DNA of 64,000 bases from the NCBI RefSeq assembly GCF_003018255.1, contig NZ_CP027440.1, one strand, 5' to 3'. The position numbers and the translations under genes were made by a program. Shown here one piece after another: positions 45,429 through 56,549 of the stretch. Source of the DNA: Escherichia coli (GTDB taxonomy: Bacteria; Pseudomonadota; Gammaproteobacteria; Enterobacterales; Enterobacteriaceae). Under the pieces are notes generated by a model, which made no database searches, had not been told where the DNA came from, and saw only the letters and a program-made list of their open reading frames with translations. Within the stretch, counting starts at the first letter, position 1, and each line of letters opens with the position of its first letter.

Positions 45429-48278
45429 CTACGATTCCCGCGATTTCCTGACCCTCTCGGCATATACCGTCAGCGTCTGTTTTATCACATCCAGCGTTAC
45501 CGGCTTCGACAGGCAGCTGTCCATACCGGACTCCAGACACCGCTGCTTCTCTTCAGCCAACGCATTAGCAGTTACTCCGATTACCGGCAACGTCAGTCCC
45601 AACTGACGAATGCGTTGCGTCAAGCGGTAACCATCCATATTTGGCATGTTGACGTCGCTAAGCACGATATCAATATGATTCTTGCTAAGTACATTAAGCG
45701 CATCGACGCCATCATTCGCGGTTTTACATTGATAGCCCAACGATCCCAACTGATCTGCCAGCAGACGCCGGTTAATCGGATGATCATCCACGACCAGAAT
45801 CATCATATCGTCATTATCGCTGACCGCTTTGTCCGTTAACGGCAGAGCGTTAGCAGGATCGTCGCTCTCCATCTCGATCAAATAAATACGCGCCAACAAT
45901 GCCGGTAGCTCATGCGGGGCAGCCACACTGTGTACCCACTCTCCTGGCGCTTTCTCCAGCGGAATACCAATATGGCGACGACAGAAGGTCACAACCGCTC
46001 TACCCTGCCATTTTTTGCTCACTACCTCGTCAGTGATTAACACATCTTCGGGAGTCGGTTCCTGCCCTTCGTATGTTGTAACGACGATGCCGCTGCGCTG
46101 CAAACTGGTTTCCAGGAACTGACAGAGCGACGCATTGCGGACCGCCAGCCAGCAACGTTTACCACTCAACCCTTCCACGCCTTTTTTCTGCGGGTACTGA
46201 GCGCCGTACAACGGAATACGCACGGTAAACTGGCTGCCCATTCCCGGTTCTGAATCTACCGAGATGTCGCCGTCCATCATGCTGATCAGTTTTTCACAAA
46301 TCGCCAGACCCAGACCGGTCCCCTGGAAGTTACGCTGTACGCCCGTTCCGACCTGGAAGAAGGGATCAAACAAGCGCACCACTTCTTTCGCCGGAATCCC
46401 TACGCCGGTATCGCGAACACGGATAGAGAGATAATCGCCATCAGCGCGAACATGCAGAACTATACAGCCGGTATCGGTGAATTTTATGGCGTTACTCAAC
46501 AGGTTGGAGATGACCTGCTGTAAACGCATCGGGTCGCCATTTAAGGCCACTGGCACATCCGGTTCAATAAAGCAGTACAAGCCTAGCTGCTTGCGTACCA
46601 CCAGCGGTAAATAGTTGGCGGTGATGTGGTTCATCACTTCACGCGGTGAAAACTCACGCGGTTCGATCTTCAACTGTTCCGATTCAATCTTCGAGAAGTC
46701 GAGAATATCGCTGATAATTTTCAACAACAGGCTGGAAGAGTTGTTCATTGCCGTCACCAGACGATCGACGCCTTTCGGTAACTCTTTGGTTTGCAACAGA
46801 TCCAGGTTACCGATAATGCCATACAGCGGCGTTCGCAGCTCATGACTGACGGTGGCAAGGAACATCGATTTTGACTGGCTCGCCTGTTCCGCTGCTTGTG
46901 CCATCTCCTGCAACGACTCTTCCATCTTCACGCGCGAAGAAACATCCACCAGCACACAAATGGCCACGTTTTCATTACGATAGCGCGAATGGACGAAGCT
47001 GATTTGCAGGTTGGTATTGTTGCTGGTCAGGACATCAACAAAATTGACCTGCTGCCCACAGATAATTTGTGTCAGCCGTTGGCGGTCCTCATGCGTAAGC
47101 ATATTGAGATAGGTATGCGCCAGTTCGTTACTTAAAATATTGACGCCATCAGCGGTACGCAAAATGCAGATACCCACTGGCGCGGAGGCGACAATCTTGC
47201 GATTAAACTGCTCATGTTCTTCCAGTCGCAGGGCGTCGCTTTCCGCCGGAATGAAAATACGCCGCTCGTACATCCGCGCGAGAGTAAACAATGCAGCTCC
47301 GGCAAGCACATTCAGCAAAATTGCGTTAAGGATCAACATGCGAATGCGTTCCAGCACCTTATCAACCGGCACCGAATACACGATGCTTAGCGATGAGGGT
47401 GGCAGATTTTTCTTCAGCACCAGCTCCCGGAACCCTTCCGTATAGCCAAACCAGGAGCGTTCCTGCATCCAGCGAGGATCGCCCTTAATTTTGCTTTCTG
47501 GTCCGGTAAGCGAAATCAGGGTATGACCATTTTCATCAAGAATGGTAACCCCCATCGGCAACGTACCAGGTAAGAAAAAGTTCTCCATCCGGATGGTCTG
47601 CTCGACACCCAAAAGCGCCTGCAACCGGTTCGCCAGATAAACTGGCGTCAAGGCGTAAAAATACCCGACGCCAGGGCGCGGACCTTCGCTGATCCAGTAG
47701 AGGTTACTGCCACTATCATCTTGTGGTGCATTTCGATATTTATTAATGCGTTCATGCAAAGCTTTTAACGCGGTATCGCGTTCCACTGGCATATCACGCA
47801 GACCGAAATTGGCCATGCAGAGGTTATCGCTGCCGATTAAAAATACCCGGTTGAGATCGTAAGCCGCAGAAAAATTATCGCGCCAGTAGCGCATAAACCA
47901 CGCCAATGACTCCAGAGAACCTCGCCAGGTGTTACTCATTGCGGAACAATCAGAGTCAGCAAATAGCGGTTCAAACGCAGGCACATCCGTCTGCGTTTCT
48001 CGTCCACGCGGGGAAAGCACACCGTTTTCTGCCGATAAGCGATTTTCAGCTATGTACTTCAGCTCTTTCATCACATCAGAGGTGCGTTGAATAAAGCGCT
48101 GAGCCTGATCGGAACTCAGATTAAATTCCTGACGAATTTCCGATTCTCGCTGATGTAACGCATTAACGATGTAAAAAACGGATGAAAAAGCAATCAACAG
48201 CCAGAGCACTAACGCCAATGCTCTGAACATGTAGCGCGAGGCTTTCAGGGTTGTACGAAAAGAAGCAAGGTATTTCAA
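45429..48278 (-). CDS. rcsC: hybrid sensor kinase RcsC
   Basis: 949 aa; TM segments, H-box SHELRTP, ATPase domain, C-terminal receiver domain. Confidence 0.95.
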   Translation of the reverse strand: MKYLASFRTTLKASRYMFRALALVLWLLIAFSSVFYIVNALHQRESEIRQEFNLSSDQAQRFIQRTSDVMKELKYIAENRLSAENGVLSPRGRETQTDVPAFEPLFADSDCSAMSNTWRGSLESLAWFMRYWRDNFSAAYDLNRVFLIGSDNLCMANFGLRDMPVERDTALKALHERINKYRNAPQDDSGSNLYWISEGPRPGVGYFYALTPVYLANRLQALLGVEQTIRMENFFLPGTLPMGVTILDENGHTLISLTGPESKIKGDPRWMQERSWFGYTEGFRELVLKKNLPPSSLSIVYSVPVDKVLERIRMLILNAILLNVLAGAALFTLARMYERRIFIPAESDALRLEEHEQFNRKIVASAPVGICILRTADGVNILSNELAHTYLNMLTHEDRQRLTQIICGQQVNFVDVLTSNNTNLQISFVHSRYRNENVAICVLVDVSSRVKMEESLQEMAQAAEQASQSKSMFLATVSHELRTPLYGIIGNLDLLQTKELPKGVDRLVTAMNNSSSLLLKIISDILDFSKIESEQLKIEPREFSPREVMNHITANYLPLVVRKQLGLYCFIEPDVPVALNGDPMRLQQVISNLLSNAIKFTDTGCIVLHVRADGDYLSIRVRDTGVGIPAKEVVRLFDPFFQVGTGVQRNFQGTGLGLAICEKLISMMDGDISVDSEPGMGSQFTVRIPLYGAQYPQKKGVEGLSGKRCWLAVRNASLCQFLETSLQRSGIVVTTYEGQEPTPEDVLITDEVVSKKWQGRAVVTFCRRHIGIPLEKAPGEWVHSVAAPHELPALLARIYLIEMESDDPANALPLTDKAVSDNDDMMILVVDDHPINRRLLADQLGSLGYQCKTANDGVDALNVLSKNHIDIVLSDVNMPNMDGYRLTQRIRQLGLTLPVIGVTANALAEEKQRCLESGMDSCLSKPVTLDVIKQTLTVYAERVRKSRES

Positions 48279-48444
48279 AGGGGCGAAGCTCCGCCTCAGG
48301 TGACCGATGGAGTGTGGTTAAGGTAGCGGTAAAAGCGTGTTACCGCAATGTTCTCTCTTCTCTGGAATATGATACACCGCCGAGAAATCATCACCTTAAC
48401 CTCTGATAATCGTCATATACCGGACAAGACTAGTGGATTTCAGC

Positions 48445-50271
48445 ATGCATTATATGAAGTGGATTTATCCACGCCGCTTACGCAATCAAATGATCCTGAT
48501 GGCAATCCTGATGGTCATTGTCCCAACGCTTACTATTGGTTATATCGTAGAAACGGAAGGACGTTCAGCAGTCTTATCTGAAAAAGAGAAAAAACTTTCT
48601 GCCGTGGTCAACCTGCTTAATCAGGCGCTAGGCAATCGCTACGATCTCTACATCGACTTACCGCGTGAGGAGCGTATCCGCGCATTAAATGCAGAACTTG
48701 CCCCCATTACCGAAAATATCACTCACGCCTTCCCTGGCATCGGCGCTGGTTATTACAACAAAACGCTGGATGCGATAATCACCTACGCGCCTTCAGCGCT
48801 ATATCAGAATAATGTGGGCGTTACCATTGCCGCAGATCACCCTGGTCGCGAAGTCATGCGTACAAATACCCCTTTGGTTTATTCAGGCAGACAGGTGCGC
48901 GGCGATATTTTGAATTCAATGATTCCCATTGAGCGTAATGGTGAAATCCTCGGCTATATCTGGGCCAATGAATTAACCGAAGATATTCGCCGCCAGGCCT
49001 GGAAAATGGATGTGAGGATTATCATTGTGCTCACCGCCGGTTTGCTGATAAGCCTGCTGTTGATTGTCCTTTTCTCCCGTCGCCTGAGCGCCAATATAGA
49101 TATCATCACCGATGGCCTCTCGACTCTGGCTCAAAATATTCCCACTCGATTACCACAATTGCCCGGTGAAATGGGGCAAATCAGTCAGAGTGTTAACAAC
49201 CTCGCCCAGGCACTGCGTGAAACGCGAACACTTAACGATCTGATTATTGAAAACGCTGCCGATGGCGTCATTGCCATTGACCGCCAGGGTGATGTAACCA
49301 CCATGAACCCAGCAGCAGAAGTCATCACTGGCTATCAACGTCATGAACTGGTAGGGCAGCCTTACTCCATGTTGTTCGACAATACTCAGTTCTACAGTCC
49401 CGTACTGGATACGCTGGAACATGGCACCGAACATGTAGCACTGGAGATCAGTTTTCCAGGCCGTGACCGCACCATTGAACTCAGTGTCACGACCAGTCGT
49501 ATTCATAACACGCACGGTGAAATGATAGGTGCTTTGGTGATTTTCTCTGATTTAACTGCCCGCAAAGAAACCCAGCGCCGCATGGCGCAAGCAGAACGCC
49601 TCGCCACACTGGGTGAGCTGATGGCTGGCGTGGCGCATGAAGTACGTAATCCGCTAACAGCTATTCGTGGTTATGTACAGATCTTGCGCCAACAAACCCG
49701 TGACCCAATACATCAGGAATATCTGTCCGTAGTACTCAAAGAAATCGATTCAATTAACAAAGTTATTCAGCAATTGCTCGAATTTTCACGCCCACGCCAC
49801 AGTCAATGGCAACAAGTCAGCCTCAATGCATTGGTTGAAGAAACTCTGGTACTGGTACAAACCGCCGGCGTACAAGCGCGGGTCGACTTCATAAGCGAAC
49901 TGGATAATGAATTAAGCCCGATTAACGCCGATCGTGAACTGCTCAAACAGGTACTACTGAATATCCTGATCAATGCCGTCCAGGCTATCAGTGCACGAGG
50001 GAAAATTCGCATTCGAACCTGGCAATACAGCGACTCACAACAGGCCATTTCGATAGAGGACAACGGCTGTGGCATTGATCTCTCGCTGCAAAAAAAGATC
50101 TTCGATCCCTTTTTCACCACCAAAGCCTCAGGAACCGGGCTTGGTCTGGCGTTAAGTCAACGCATCATTAATGCCCATCAGGGTGATATTCGCGTCGCCA
50201 GTTTGCCGGGCTACGGCGCAACCTTCACGCTTATTTTACCGATCAACCCGCAGGGAAATCAGACTGTATGA
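48445..50271 (+). CDS. atoS: sensor histidine kinase AtoS
   Basis: ORF track 48433-50271; ATG at 48445 (MHYMKWIYP) gives 608 aa; H-box AHEVRNP. Confidence 0.9.
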   Translation: MHYMKWIYPRRLRNQMILMAILMVIVPTLTIGYIVETEGRSAVLSEKEKKLSAVVNLLNQALGNRYDLYIDLPREERIRALNAELAPITENITHAFPGIGAGYYNKTLDAIITYAPSALYQNNVGVTIAADHPGREVMRTNTPLVYSGRQVRGDILNSMIPIERNGEILGYIWANELTEDIRRQAWKMDVRIIIVLTAGLLISLLLIVLFSRRLSANIDIITDGLSTLAQNIPTRLPQLPGEMGQISQSVNNLAQALRETRTLNDLIIENAADGVIAIDRQGDVTTMNPAAEVITGYQRHELVGQPYSMLFDNTQFYSPVLDTLEHGTEHVALEISFPGRDRTIELSVTTSRIHNTHGEMIGALVIFSDLTARKETQRRMAQAERLATLGELMAGVAHEVRNPLTAIRGYVQILRQQTRDPIHQEYLSVVLKEIDSINKVIQQLLEFSRPRHSQWQQVSLNALVEETLVLVQTAGVQARVDFISELDNELSPINADRELLKQVLLNILINAVQAISARGKIRIRTWQYSDSQQAISIEDNGCGIDLSLQKKIFDPFFTTKASGTGLGLALSQRIINAHQGDIRVASLPGYGATFTLILPINPQGNQTV

Positions 50272-51653
50272 CTGCTATTAATCGCATCCTTATTGTGGAT
50301 GATGAAGATAATGTTCGCCGTATGCTGAGCACCGCTTTTGCACTACAAGGTTTCGAAACACATTGTGCGAACAACGGACGCACAGCATTACACCTGTTTG
50401 CTGATATTCACCCTGACGTGGTGTTGATGGATATCCGCATGCCAGAGATGGACGGCATCAAGGCACTAAAGGAGATGCGCAGTAATGAGACCCGGACACC
50501 CGTTATTCTGATGACGGCCTATGCTGAAGTGGAAACCGCCGTCGAAGCGCTACGCTGCGGGGCCTTCGACTATGTTATTAAACCGTTTGATCTCGATGAG
50601 TTGAATTTAATCGTTCAGCGCGCTTTACAACTCCAGTCAATGAAAAAAGAGATCCGTCATCTGCACCAGGCACTGAGCACCAGCTGGCAATGGGGGCACA
50701 TTCTCACCAACAGCCCGGCGATGATGGATATCTGCAAAGACACCGCCAAAATTGCCCTTTCTCAGGCCAGCGTCTTGATTAGCGGTGAAAGCGGCACCGG
50801 GAAAGAGTTGATTGCCAGAGCGATTCACTACAATTCGCGGCGGGCAAAGGGGCCGTTCATTAAAGTCAACTGCGCGGCGCTGCCGGAATCGTTGCTCGAA
50901 AGTGAACTGTTTGGTCATGAAAAAGGTGCATTTACTGGTGCACAAACCTTGCGTCAGGGATTATTTGAACGTGCCAACGAAGGTACTCTGCTCCTCGACG
51001 AAATTGGCGAAATGCCGCTCGTACTGCAAGCCAAATTACTACGCATTCTGCAGGAACGGGAATTTGAACGGATTGGCGGTCATCAGACCATAAAAGTTGA
51101 CATCCGCATCATTGCTGCCACCAACCGTGACTTGCAGGCAATGGTAAAAGAAGGCACCTTCCGTGAAGATCTCTTTTATCGCCTTAACGTTATTCATTTA
51201 ATACTGCCGCCTCTGCGCGATCGCCGGGAAGATATTTCCCTGTTAGCTAATCACTTTTTGCAAAAATTCAGTAGTGAGAATCAGCGCGATATTATCGACA
51301 TCGATCCGATGGCAATGTCGCTGCTTACCGCCTGGTCATGGCCGGGTAATATTCGAGAGCTTTCCAACGTCATTGAACGCGCCGTCGTGATGAACTCAGG
51401 CCCGATCATTTTCTCTGAGGATCTTCCGCCGCAGATTCGTCAGCCAGTCTGTAATGCTGGTGAGGCAAAAACAGCCCCTGTCGGTGAGCGTAATTTAAAA
51501 GAGGAAATTAAACGCGTCGAAAAACGCATCATTATGGAAGTGCTGGAACAACAAGAAGGAAACCGAACCCGCACTGCGTTAATGCTGGGCATCAGTCGCC
51601 GTGCATTGATGTATAAACTCCAGGAATACGGTATCGATCCGGCGGATGTATAA
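50268..51653 (+). CDS. atoC: sigma-54-dependent response regulator AtoC (NtrC family)
   Basis: 461 aa; REC domain, AAA+ sigma-54 activator motifs GESGTGKE and ESELFGHEKGAF, C-terminal HTH; start overlaps atoS stop. Confidence 0.95.
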   Translation: MTAINRILIVDDEDNVRRMLSTAFALQGFETHCANNGRTALHLFADIHPDVVLMDIRMPEMDGIKALKEMRSNETRTPVILMTAYAEVETAVEALRCGAFDYVIKPFDLDELNLIVQRALQLQSMKKEIRHLHQALSTSWQWGHILTNSPAMMDICKDTAKIALSQASVLISGESGTGKELIARAIHYNSRRAKGPFIKVNCAALPESLLESELFGHEKGAFTGAQTLRQGLFERANEGTLLLDEIGEMPLVLQAKLLRILQEREFERIGGHQTIKVDIRIIAATNRDLQAMVKEGTFREDLFYRLNVIHLILPPLRDRREDISLLANHFLQKFSSENQRDIIDIDPMAMSLLTAWSWPGNIRELSNVIERAVVMNSGPIIFSEDLPPQIRQPVCNAGEAKTAPVGERNLKEEIKRVEKRIIMEVLEQQEGNRTRTALMLGISRRALMYKLQEYGIDPADV

Positions 51654-51664
51654 CGCCAAAACTT

Positions 51665-51705
51665 GCTATGCAGAAATTTGCACAGTGCGCAATTTTCTGC
51701 ATAGC
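51665..51705. promoter_or_regulatory. AtoC upstream activator site (40-bp palindrome)
   Basis: GCTATGCAGAAATTTGCACA / GTGCGCAATTTTCTGCATAGC inverted 20-mers about 100 bp upstream of the sigma-54 promoter. Confidence 0.7.
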
Positions 51706-51787
51706 CGCTCATTCTCCTTATGAATCCCCATCTAATTTATTCCTTTCTATTCAATTAGTTAAATAACAACATTCAATAATCTCATTC

Positions 51788-51802
51788 TGGCACTCCCCTT
51801 GC
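51788..51802 (+). promoter_or_regulatory. sigma-54 (-24/-12) promoter of atoDAEB
   Basis: TGGCAC-tcccc-TTGCT, GG and GC separated by 10 nt, 47 bp upstream of atoD start. Confidence 0.7.
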
Positions 51803-51848
51803 TATTCCCTGACTGTACCCACAACGGTGTATGCAAGAGGGATAAAAA

Positions 51849-52511
51849 ATGAAAACAAAATTGATGACATTACAAGACGCCACCGGCTTCTTTCGTGACG
51901 GCATGACCATCATGGTGGGCGGATTTATGGGGATTGGCACTCCATCCCGCCTGGTTGAAGCATTACTGGAATCTGGTGTTCGCGACCTGACATTGATAGC
52001 CAATGATACCGCGTTTGTTGATACCGGCATCGGTCCGCTCATCGTCAATGGTCGAGTCCGCAAAGTGATTGCTTCACATATCGGCACCAACCCGGAAACA
52101 GGTCGGCGCATGATATCTGGTGAGATGGACGTCGTTCTGGTGCCGCAAGGTACGCTAATCGAGCAAATTCGCTGTGGCGGAGCTGGACTTGGTGGTTTTC
52201 TCACCCCAACTGGTGTCGGCACCGTCGTAGAGGAAGGCAAACAGACACTGACACTCGACGGTAAAACCTGGCTGCTCGAACGCCCGCTGCGCGCCGACCT
52301 GGCGCTAATTCGCGCTCATCGTTGCGACACACTTGGCAACCTTACCTATCAACTTAGCGCCCGCAACTTTAACCCCCTGATAGCCCTTGCGGCTGATATC
52401 ACGCTGGTAGAGCCAGATGAACTGGTCGAAACCGGCGAGCTGCAACCTGACCATATTGTCACCCCTGGTGCCGTTATCGACCACATCATCGTTTCACAGG
52501 AGAGCAAATAA
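51849..52511 (+). CDS. atoD: acetate CoA-transferase alpha subunit
   Basis: 220 aa; operon position. Confidence 0.9.
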   Translation: MKTKLMTLQDATGFFRDGMTIMVGGFMGIGTPSRLVEALLESGVRDLTLIANDTAFVDTGIGPLIVNGRVRKVIASHIGTNPETGRRMISGEMDVVLVPQGTLIEQIRCGGAGLGGFLTPTGVGTVVEEGKQTLTLDGKTWLLERPLRADLALIRAHRCDTLGNLTYQLSARNFNPLIALAADITLVEPDELVETGELQPDHIVTPGAVIDHIIVSQESK

Positions 52512-53161
52512 TGGATGCGAAACAACGTATTGCGCGCCGTGTGGCGCAAGAGCTTCGTGATGGTGACATCGTTAACTTAGGGATCGGTTTACCCACAATG
52601 GTCGCCAATTATTTACCGGAGGGTATTCATATCACTCTGCAATCGGAAAACGGCTTCCTCGGTTTAGGCCCGGTCACGACAGCGCATCCAGATCTGGTGA
52701 ACGCTGGCGGACAACCGTGCGGCATTTTACCCGGCGCAGCCATGTTTGATAGCGCCATGTCATTTGCGCTAATCCGCGGCGGTCATATTGATGCCTGCGT
52801 GCTCGGCGGTTTGCAAGTAGACGAAGAAGCAAACCTCGCGAACTGGGTAGTGCCTGGGAAAATGGTGCCCGGTATGGGTGGCGCGATGGATCTGGTGACC
52901 GGGTCACGCAAAGTGATCATCGCCATGGAACATTGCGCCAAAGATGGTTCAGCAAAAATTTTGCGCCGCTGCACCATGCCACTCACTGCGCAACATGCGG
53001 TGCATATGCTGGTTACTGAACTGGCTGTCTTTCGTTTTATTGACGGCAAAATGTGGCTCACCGAAATTGCCGACGGGTGTGATTTAGCCACCGTGCGTGC
53101 CAAAACAGAAGCTCGGTTTGAAGTTGCCGCCGATCTGAATACGCAACGGGGTGATTTATGA
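52511..53161 (+). CDS. atoA: acetate CoA-transferase beta subunit
   Basis: 216 aa; start overlaps atoD stop. Confidence 0.9.
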   Translation: MDAKQRIARRVAQELRDGDIVNLGIGLPTMVANYLPEGIHITLQSENGFLGLGPVTTAHPDLVNAGGQPCGILPGAAMFDSAMSFALIRGGHIDACVLGGLQVDEEANLANWVVPGKMVPGMGGAMDLVTGSRKVIIAMEHCAKDGSAKILRRCTMPLTAQHAVHMLVTELAVFRFIDGKMWLTEIADGCDLATVRAKTEARFEVAADLNTQRGDL

Positions 53162-54480
53162 TTGGTCGCATATCGCGTTTTATGACGCGTTTTGTCAGCC
53201 GGTGGCTTCCCGATCCACTGATCTTTGCCATGTTGCTGACATTGCTAACATTCGTGATCGCGCTTTGGTTAACACCACAAACGCCGATCAGCATGGTGAA
53301 AATGTGGGGTGATGGTTTCTGGAACTTGCTGGCGTTTGGTATGCAGATGGCGCTTATCATCGTTACCGGTCATGCCCTTGCCAGCTCCGCTCCGGTGAAA
53401 AGTTTGCTGCGTACTGCCGCCTCCGCCGCAAAGACGCCCGTACAGGGCGTCATGCTGGTTACTTTCTTCGGTTCAGTCGCTTGTGTCATCAACTGGGGAT
53501 TTGGTTTGGTTGTCGGTGCAATGTTCGCCCGTGAAGTCGCCCGGCGAGTACCCGGTTCTGATTATCCGTTGCTCATTGCCTGCGCCTACATTGGTTTTCT
53601 CACCTGGGGTGGCGGTTTCTCTGGCTCAATGCCTCTGTTGGCTGCAACACCGGGCAACCCGGTTGAGCATATCGCCGGGCTGATCCCGGTGGGCGATACT
53701 CTGTTCAGTGGTTTTAATATTTTCATCACTGTGGCGTTGATTGTGGTGATGCCATTTATCACCCGCATGATGATGCCAAAACCGTCTGACGTGGTGAGTA
53801 TCGATCCGAAACTACTCATGGAAGAGGCTGATTTTCAAAAGCAGCTACCGAAAGATGCCCCACCATCCGAGCGACTGGAAGAAAGCCGCATTCTGACGTT
53901 GATCATCGGCGCACTCGGTATCGCTTACCTTGCGATGTACTTCAGCGAACATGGCTTCAACATCACCATCAATACCGTCAACCTGATGTTTATGATTGCG
54001 GGTCTGCTGCTACATAAAACGCCAATGGCTTATATGCGTGCTATCAGCGCGGCAGCACGCAGTACTGCCGGTATTCTGGTGCAATTCCCCTTCTACGCTG
54101 GGATCCAACTGATGATGGAGCATTCCGGTCTGGGCGGACTCATTACCGAATTCTTCATCAATGTTGCGAACAAAGACACCTTCCCGATCATGACCTTTTT
54201 TAGTTCTGCACTGATTAACTTCGCCGTTCCGTCTGGCGGCGGGCACTGGGTTATTCAGGGGCCGTTCGTGATGCCCGCAGCCCAGGCGCTGGGCGCTGAT
54301 CTCGGTAAATCGGTAATGGCGATCGCCTACGGCGAGCAATGGATGAACATGGCACAACCGTTCTGGGCGCTGCCAGCACTGGCAATCGCCGGACTCGGTG
54401 TCCGCGACATCATGGGCTATTGCATCACTGCCCTGCTCTTCTCCGGCGTCATTTTCGTCATTGGTTTAACGCTGTTCTGA
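53158..54480 (+). CDS. atoE: short-chain fatty acid transporter AtoE
   Basis: 440 aa polytopic membrane protein. Confidence 0.9.
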   Translation: MIGRISRFMTRFVSRWLPDPLIFAMLLTLLTFVIALWLTPQTPISMVKMWGDGFWNLLAFGMQMALIIVTGHALASSAPVKSLLRTAASAAKTPVQGVMLVTFFGSVACVINWGFGLVVGAMFAREVARRVPGSDYPLLIACAYIGFLTWGGGFSGSMPLLAATPGNPVEHIAGLIPVGDTLFSGFNIFITVALIVVMPFITRMMMPKPSDVVSIDPKLLMEEADFQKQLPKDAPPSERLEESRILTLIIGALGIAYLAMYFSEHGFNITINTVNLMFMIAGLLLHKTPMAYMRAISAAARSTAGILVQFPFYAGIQLMMEHSGLGGLITEFFINVANKDTFPIMTFFSSALINFAVPSGGGHWVIQGPFVMPAAQALGADLGKSVMAIAYGEQWMNMAQPFWALPALAIAGLGVRDIMGYCITALLFSGVIFVIGLTLF

Positions 54481-54510
54481 CGGCAACCCTACAGACAGAA
54501 GGAATATAAA

Positions 54511-55695
54511 ATGAAAAATTGTGTCATCGTCAGTGCGGTACGTACTGCTATCGGTAGTTTTAACGGTTCACTCGCTTCCACCAGCGCCATCGACCTGGGG
54601 GCGACAGTAATTAAAGCCGCCATTGAACGTGCAAAAATCGATTCACTACACGTTGATGAAGTGATTATGGGTAACGTGTTGCAAGCCGGACTGGGGCAAA
54701 ATCCGGCACGTCAGGCGCTGCTAAAAAGCGGACTGGCTGAAACGGTGTGCGGATTCACGGTCAACAAAGTGTGCGGTTCAGGTCTGAAAAGCGTGGCGCT
54801 TGCTGCACAGGCGATTCAGGCAGGTCAGGCACAGAGCATTGTGGCGGGGGGTATGGAAAATATGAGTTTAGCGCCCTACTTACTCGATGCAAAAGCACGC
54901 TCTGGTTATCGTCTTGGAGACGGACAGGTTTATGACGTAATCCTGCGCGATGGTCTGATGTGCGCCACCCATGGTTATCATATGGGGATTACCGCCGAAA
55001 ACGTGGCTAAAGAGTACGGAATTACCCGTGAAATGCAGGATGAACTGGCGCTACATTCACAGCGTAAAGCGGCAGCCGCAATTGAGTCCGGTGCTTTTAC
55101 AGCCGAAATCGTCCCGGTAAATGTTGTCACTCGGAAGAAAACCGTCGTCTTCAGTCAAGACGAATTCCCGAAAGCGGATTCTACGACTGAAGCGTTAGGC
55201 GCATTGCGCCCGGCCTTCGATAAAGCAGGAACAGTCACCGCCGGGAACGCGTCTGGTATTAACGACGGTGCTGCCGCTCTGGTGATTATGGAAGAATCTG
55301 CGGCGCTGGCAGCAGGCCTTACCCCCCTGGCTCGCATTAAAAGTTATGCCAGCGGTGGCGTGCCCCCCGCATTGATGGGTATGGGGCCAGTACCTGCCAC
55401 GCAAAAAGCGTTACAACTGGCGGGGCTGCAACTGGCGGATATTGATCTCATTGAGGCTAATGAAGCATTTGCTGCACAGTTCCTTGCCGTTGGGAAAACC
55501 CTGGGCTTTGATTCTGAGAAAGTGAATGTCAACGGCGGGGCCATCGCGCTCGGGCATCCTATCGGTGCCAGTGGTGCTCGTATTCTGGTCACACTATTAC
55601 ATGCCATGCAGGCACGCGATAAAACGCTGGGGCTGGCAACACTATGCATTGGTGGCGGCCAGGGAATTGCGATGGTGATTGAACGGTTGAATTAA
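54511..55695 (+). CDS. atoB: acetyl-CoA acetyltransferase (thiolase II)
   Basis: 394 aa; active-site Cys in VNKVCGSG, C-terminal GGGQG. Confidence 0.95.
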   Translation: MKNCVIVSAVRTAIGSFNGSLASTSAIDLGATVIKAAIERAKIDSLHVDEVIMGNVLQAGLGQNPARQALLKSGLAETVCGFTVNKVCGSGLKSVALAAQAIQAGQAQSIVAGGMENMSLAPYLLDAKARSGYRLGDGQVYDVILRDGLMCATHGYHMGITAENVAKEYGITREMQDELALHSQRKAAAAIESGAFTAEIVPVNVVTRKKTVVFSQDEFPKADSTTEALGALRPAFDKAGTVTAGNASGINDGAAALVIMEESAALAAGLTPLARIKSYASGGVPPALMGMGPVPATQKALQLAGLQLADIDLIEANEAFAAQFLAVGKTLGFDSEKVNVNGGAIALGHPIGASGARILVTLLHAMQARDKTLGLATLCIGGGQGIAMVIERLN

Positions 55696-55705
55696 TCAAT
55701 AAAAA

Positions 55706-55738
55706 CACCCGATAGCGAAAGTTATCGGGTGTTTTCTT
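55706..55738. terminator. bidirectional rho-independent terminator between convergent atoB and yfaP
   Basis: cacccgata-gcgaaagt-tatcgggtg hairpin flanked by A-run and T-run. Confidence 0.7.
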
Positions 55739-55768
55739 GAACATCGACGGCGAAGGTAACCCCATTAA

Positions 55769-56545
55769 TCACCAGTCAAAACTTTTCACCAGCGTCAGCT
55801 CGCCAGCATTACGCATCGGTACAATAAATGTTTCCTGTTTCTCATTGACCGATCCTTCATCGGTGATCAGCGTCAGTTGGGCGGTCGTCAATTCCGTTTC
55901 GCTGCGTCCGCCATAGTAGTTGATATACACCTGATAACGTCCGTGAATCGGCGCTGGCATGGCGAAAATCTCGGGTCCGTACCCCGTCGTGACATCCATA
56001 TCCAGTGCACCACTGTTTTTCAGCACCGTGTTACCGTACCAGGCGTGTTCGCCATCGGGCGTGACAACATGGAGATCGAGATCGGTATTGTCCGTATCCC
56101 ACGAGAGAACCAGCCGTAAACGTGCACGAATCGTTCCTGTACCCGGCGTTGAGTAAAACTGCATTTTTTGCCGGCTTTGCCCATCCGGGCTGATGACCTG
56201 CACGCTGTTGCTGCCTTCCGTGAAAATATAAGGGCGTGCAAATGAACCATCGGATTCAATTCTCTGCGGCATACTGGCACCGTTGACCACCAGCCGGCCC
56301 TGCTGAACTTTACCCGCCGCAGCATAATTCTTTATTTTGCCGCGGATCTGCGCTGAGATATTTTGATCATCTGCCATGTTGACGGACGACGCCGGGTAAT
56401 TGATCGATTGTGAAAAACTGGCATCTTCACCCTCTGCCGGATGCCAGCCAGAGAGCGGTGCATCAATCTCGACTTCCTGCACACCTTCACTGTGAGCGAC
56501 AGGCGAAAGCGCCACCAGTAACAACGGAAGAAAAATCTTTCGCAT
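55769..56545 (-). CDS. yfaP: secreted protein of unknown function YfaP (DUF2135 as recalled)
   Basis: 258 aa; signal peptide MRKIFLPLLLVALSPVAHS; last gene of yfa cluster. Confidence 0.8.
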   Translation of the reverse strand: MRKIFLPLLLVALSPVAHSEGVQEVEIDAPLSGWHPAEGEDASFSQSINYPASSVNMADDQNISAQIRGKIKNYAAAGKVQQGRLVVNGASMPQRIESDGSFARPYIFTEGSNSVQVISPDGQSRQKMQFYSTPGTGTIRARLRLVLSWDTDNTDLDLHVVTPDGEHAWYGNTVLKNSGALDMDVTTGYGPEIFAMPAPIHGRYQVYINYYGGRSETELTTAQLTLITDEGSVNEKQETFIVPMRNAGELTLVKSFDW

Positions 56546-56549
56546 AGCA

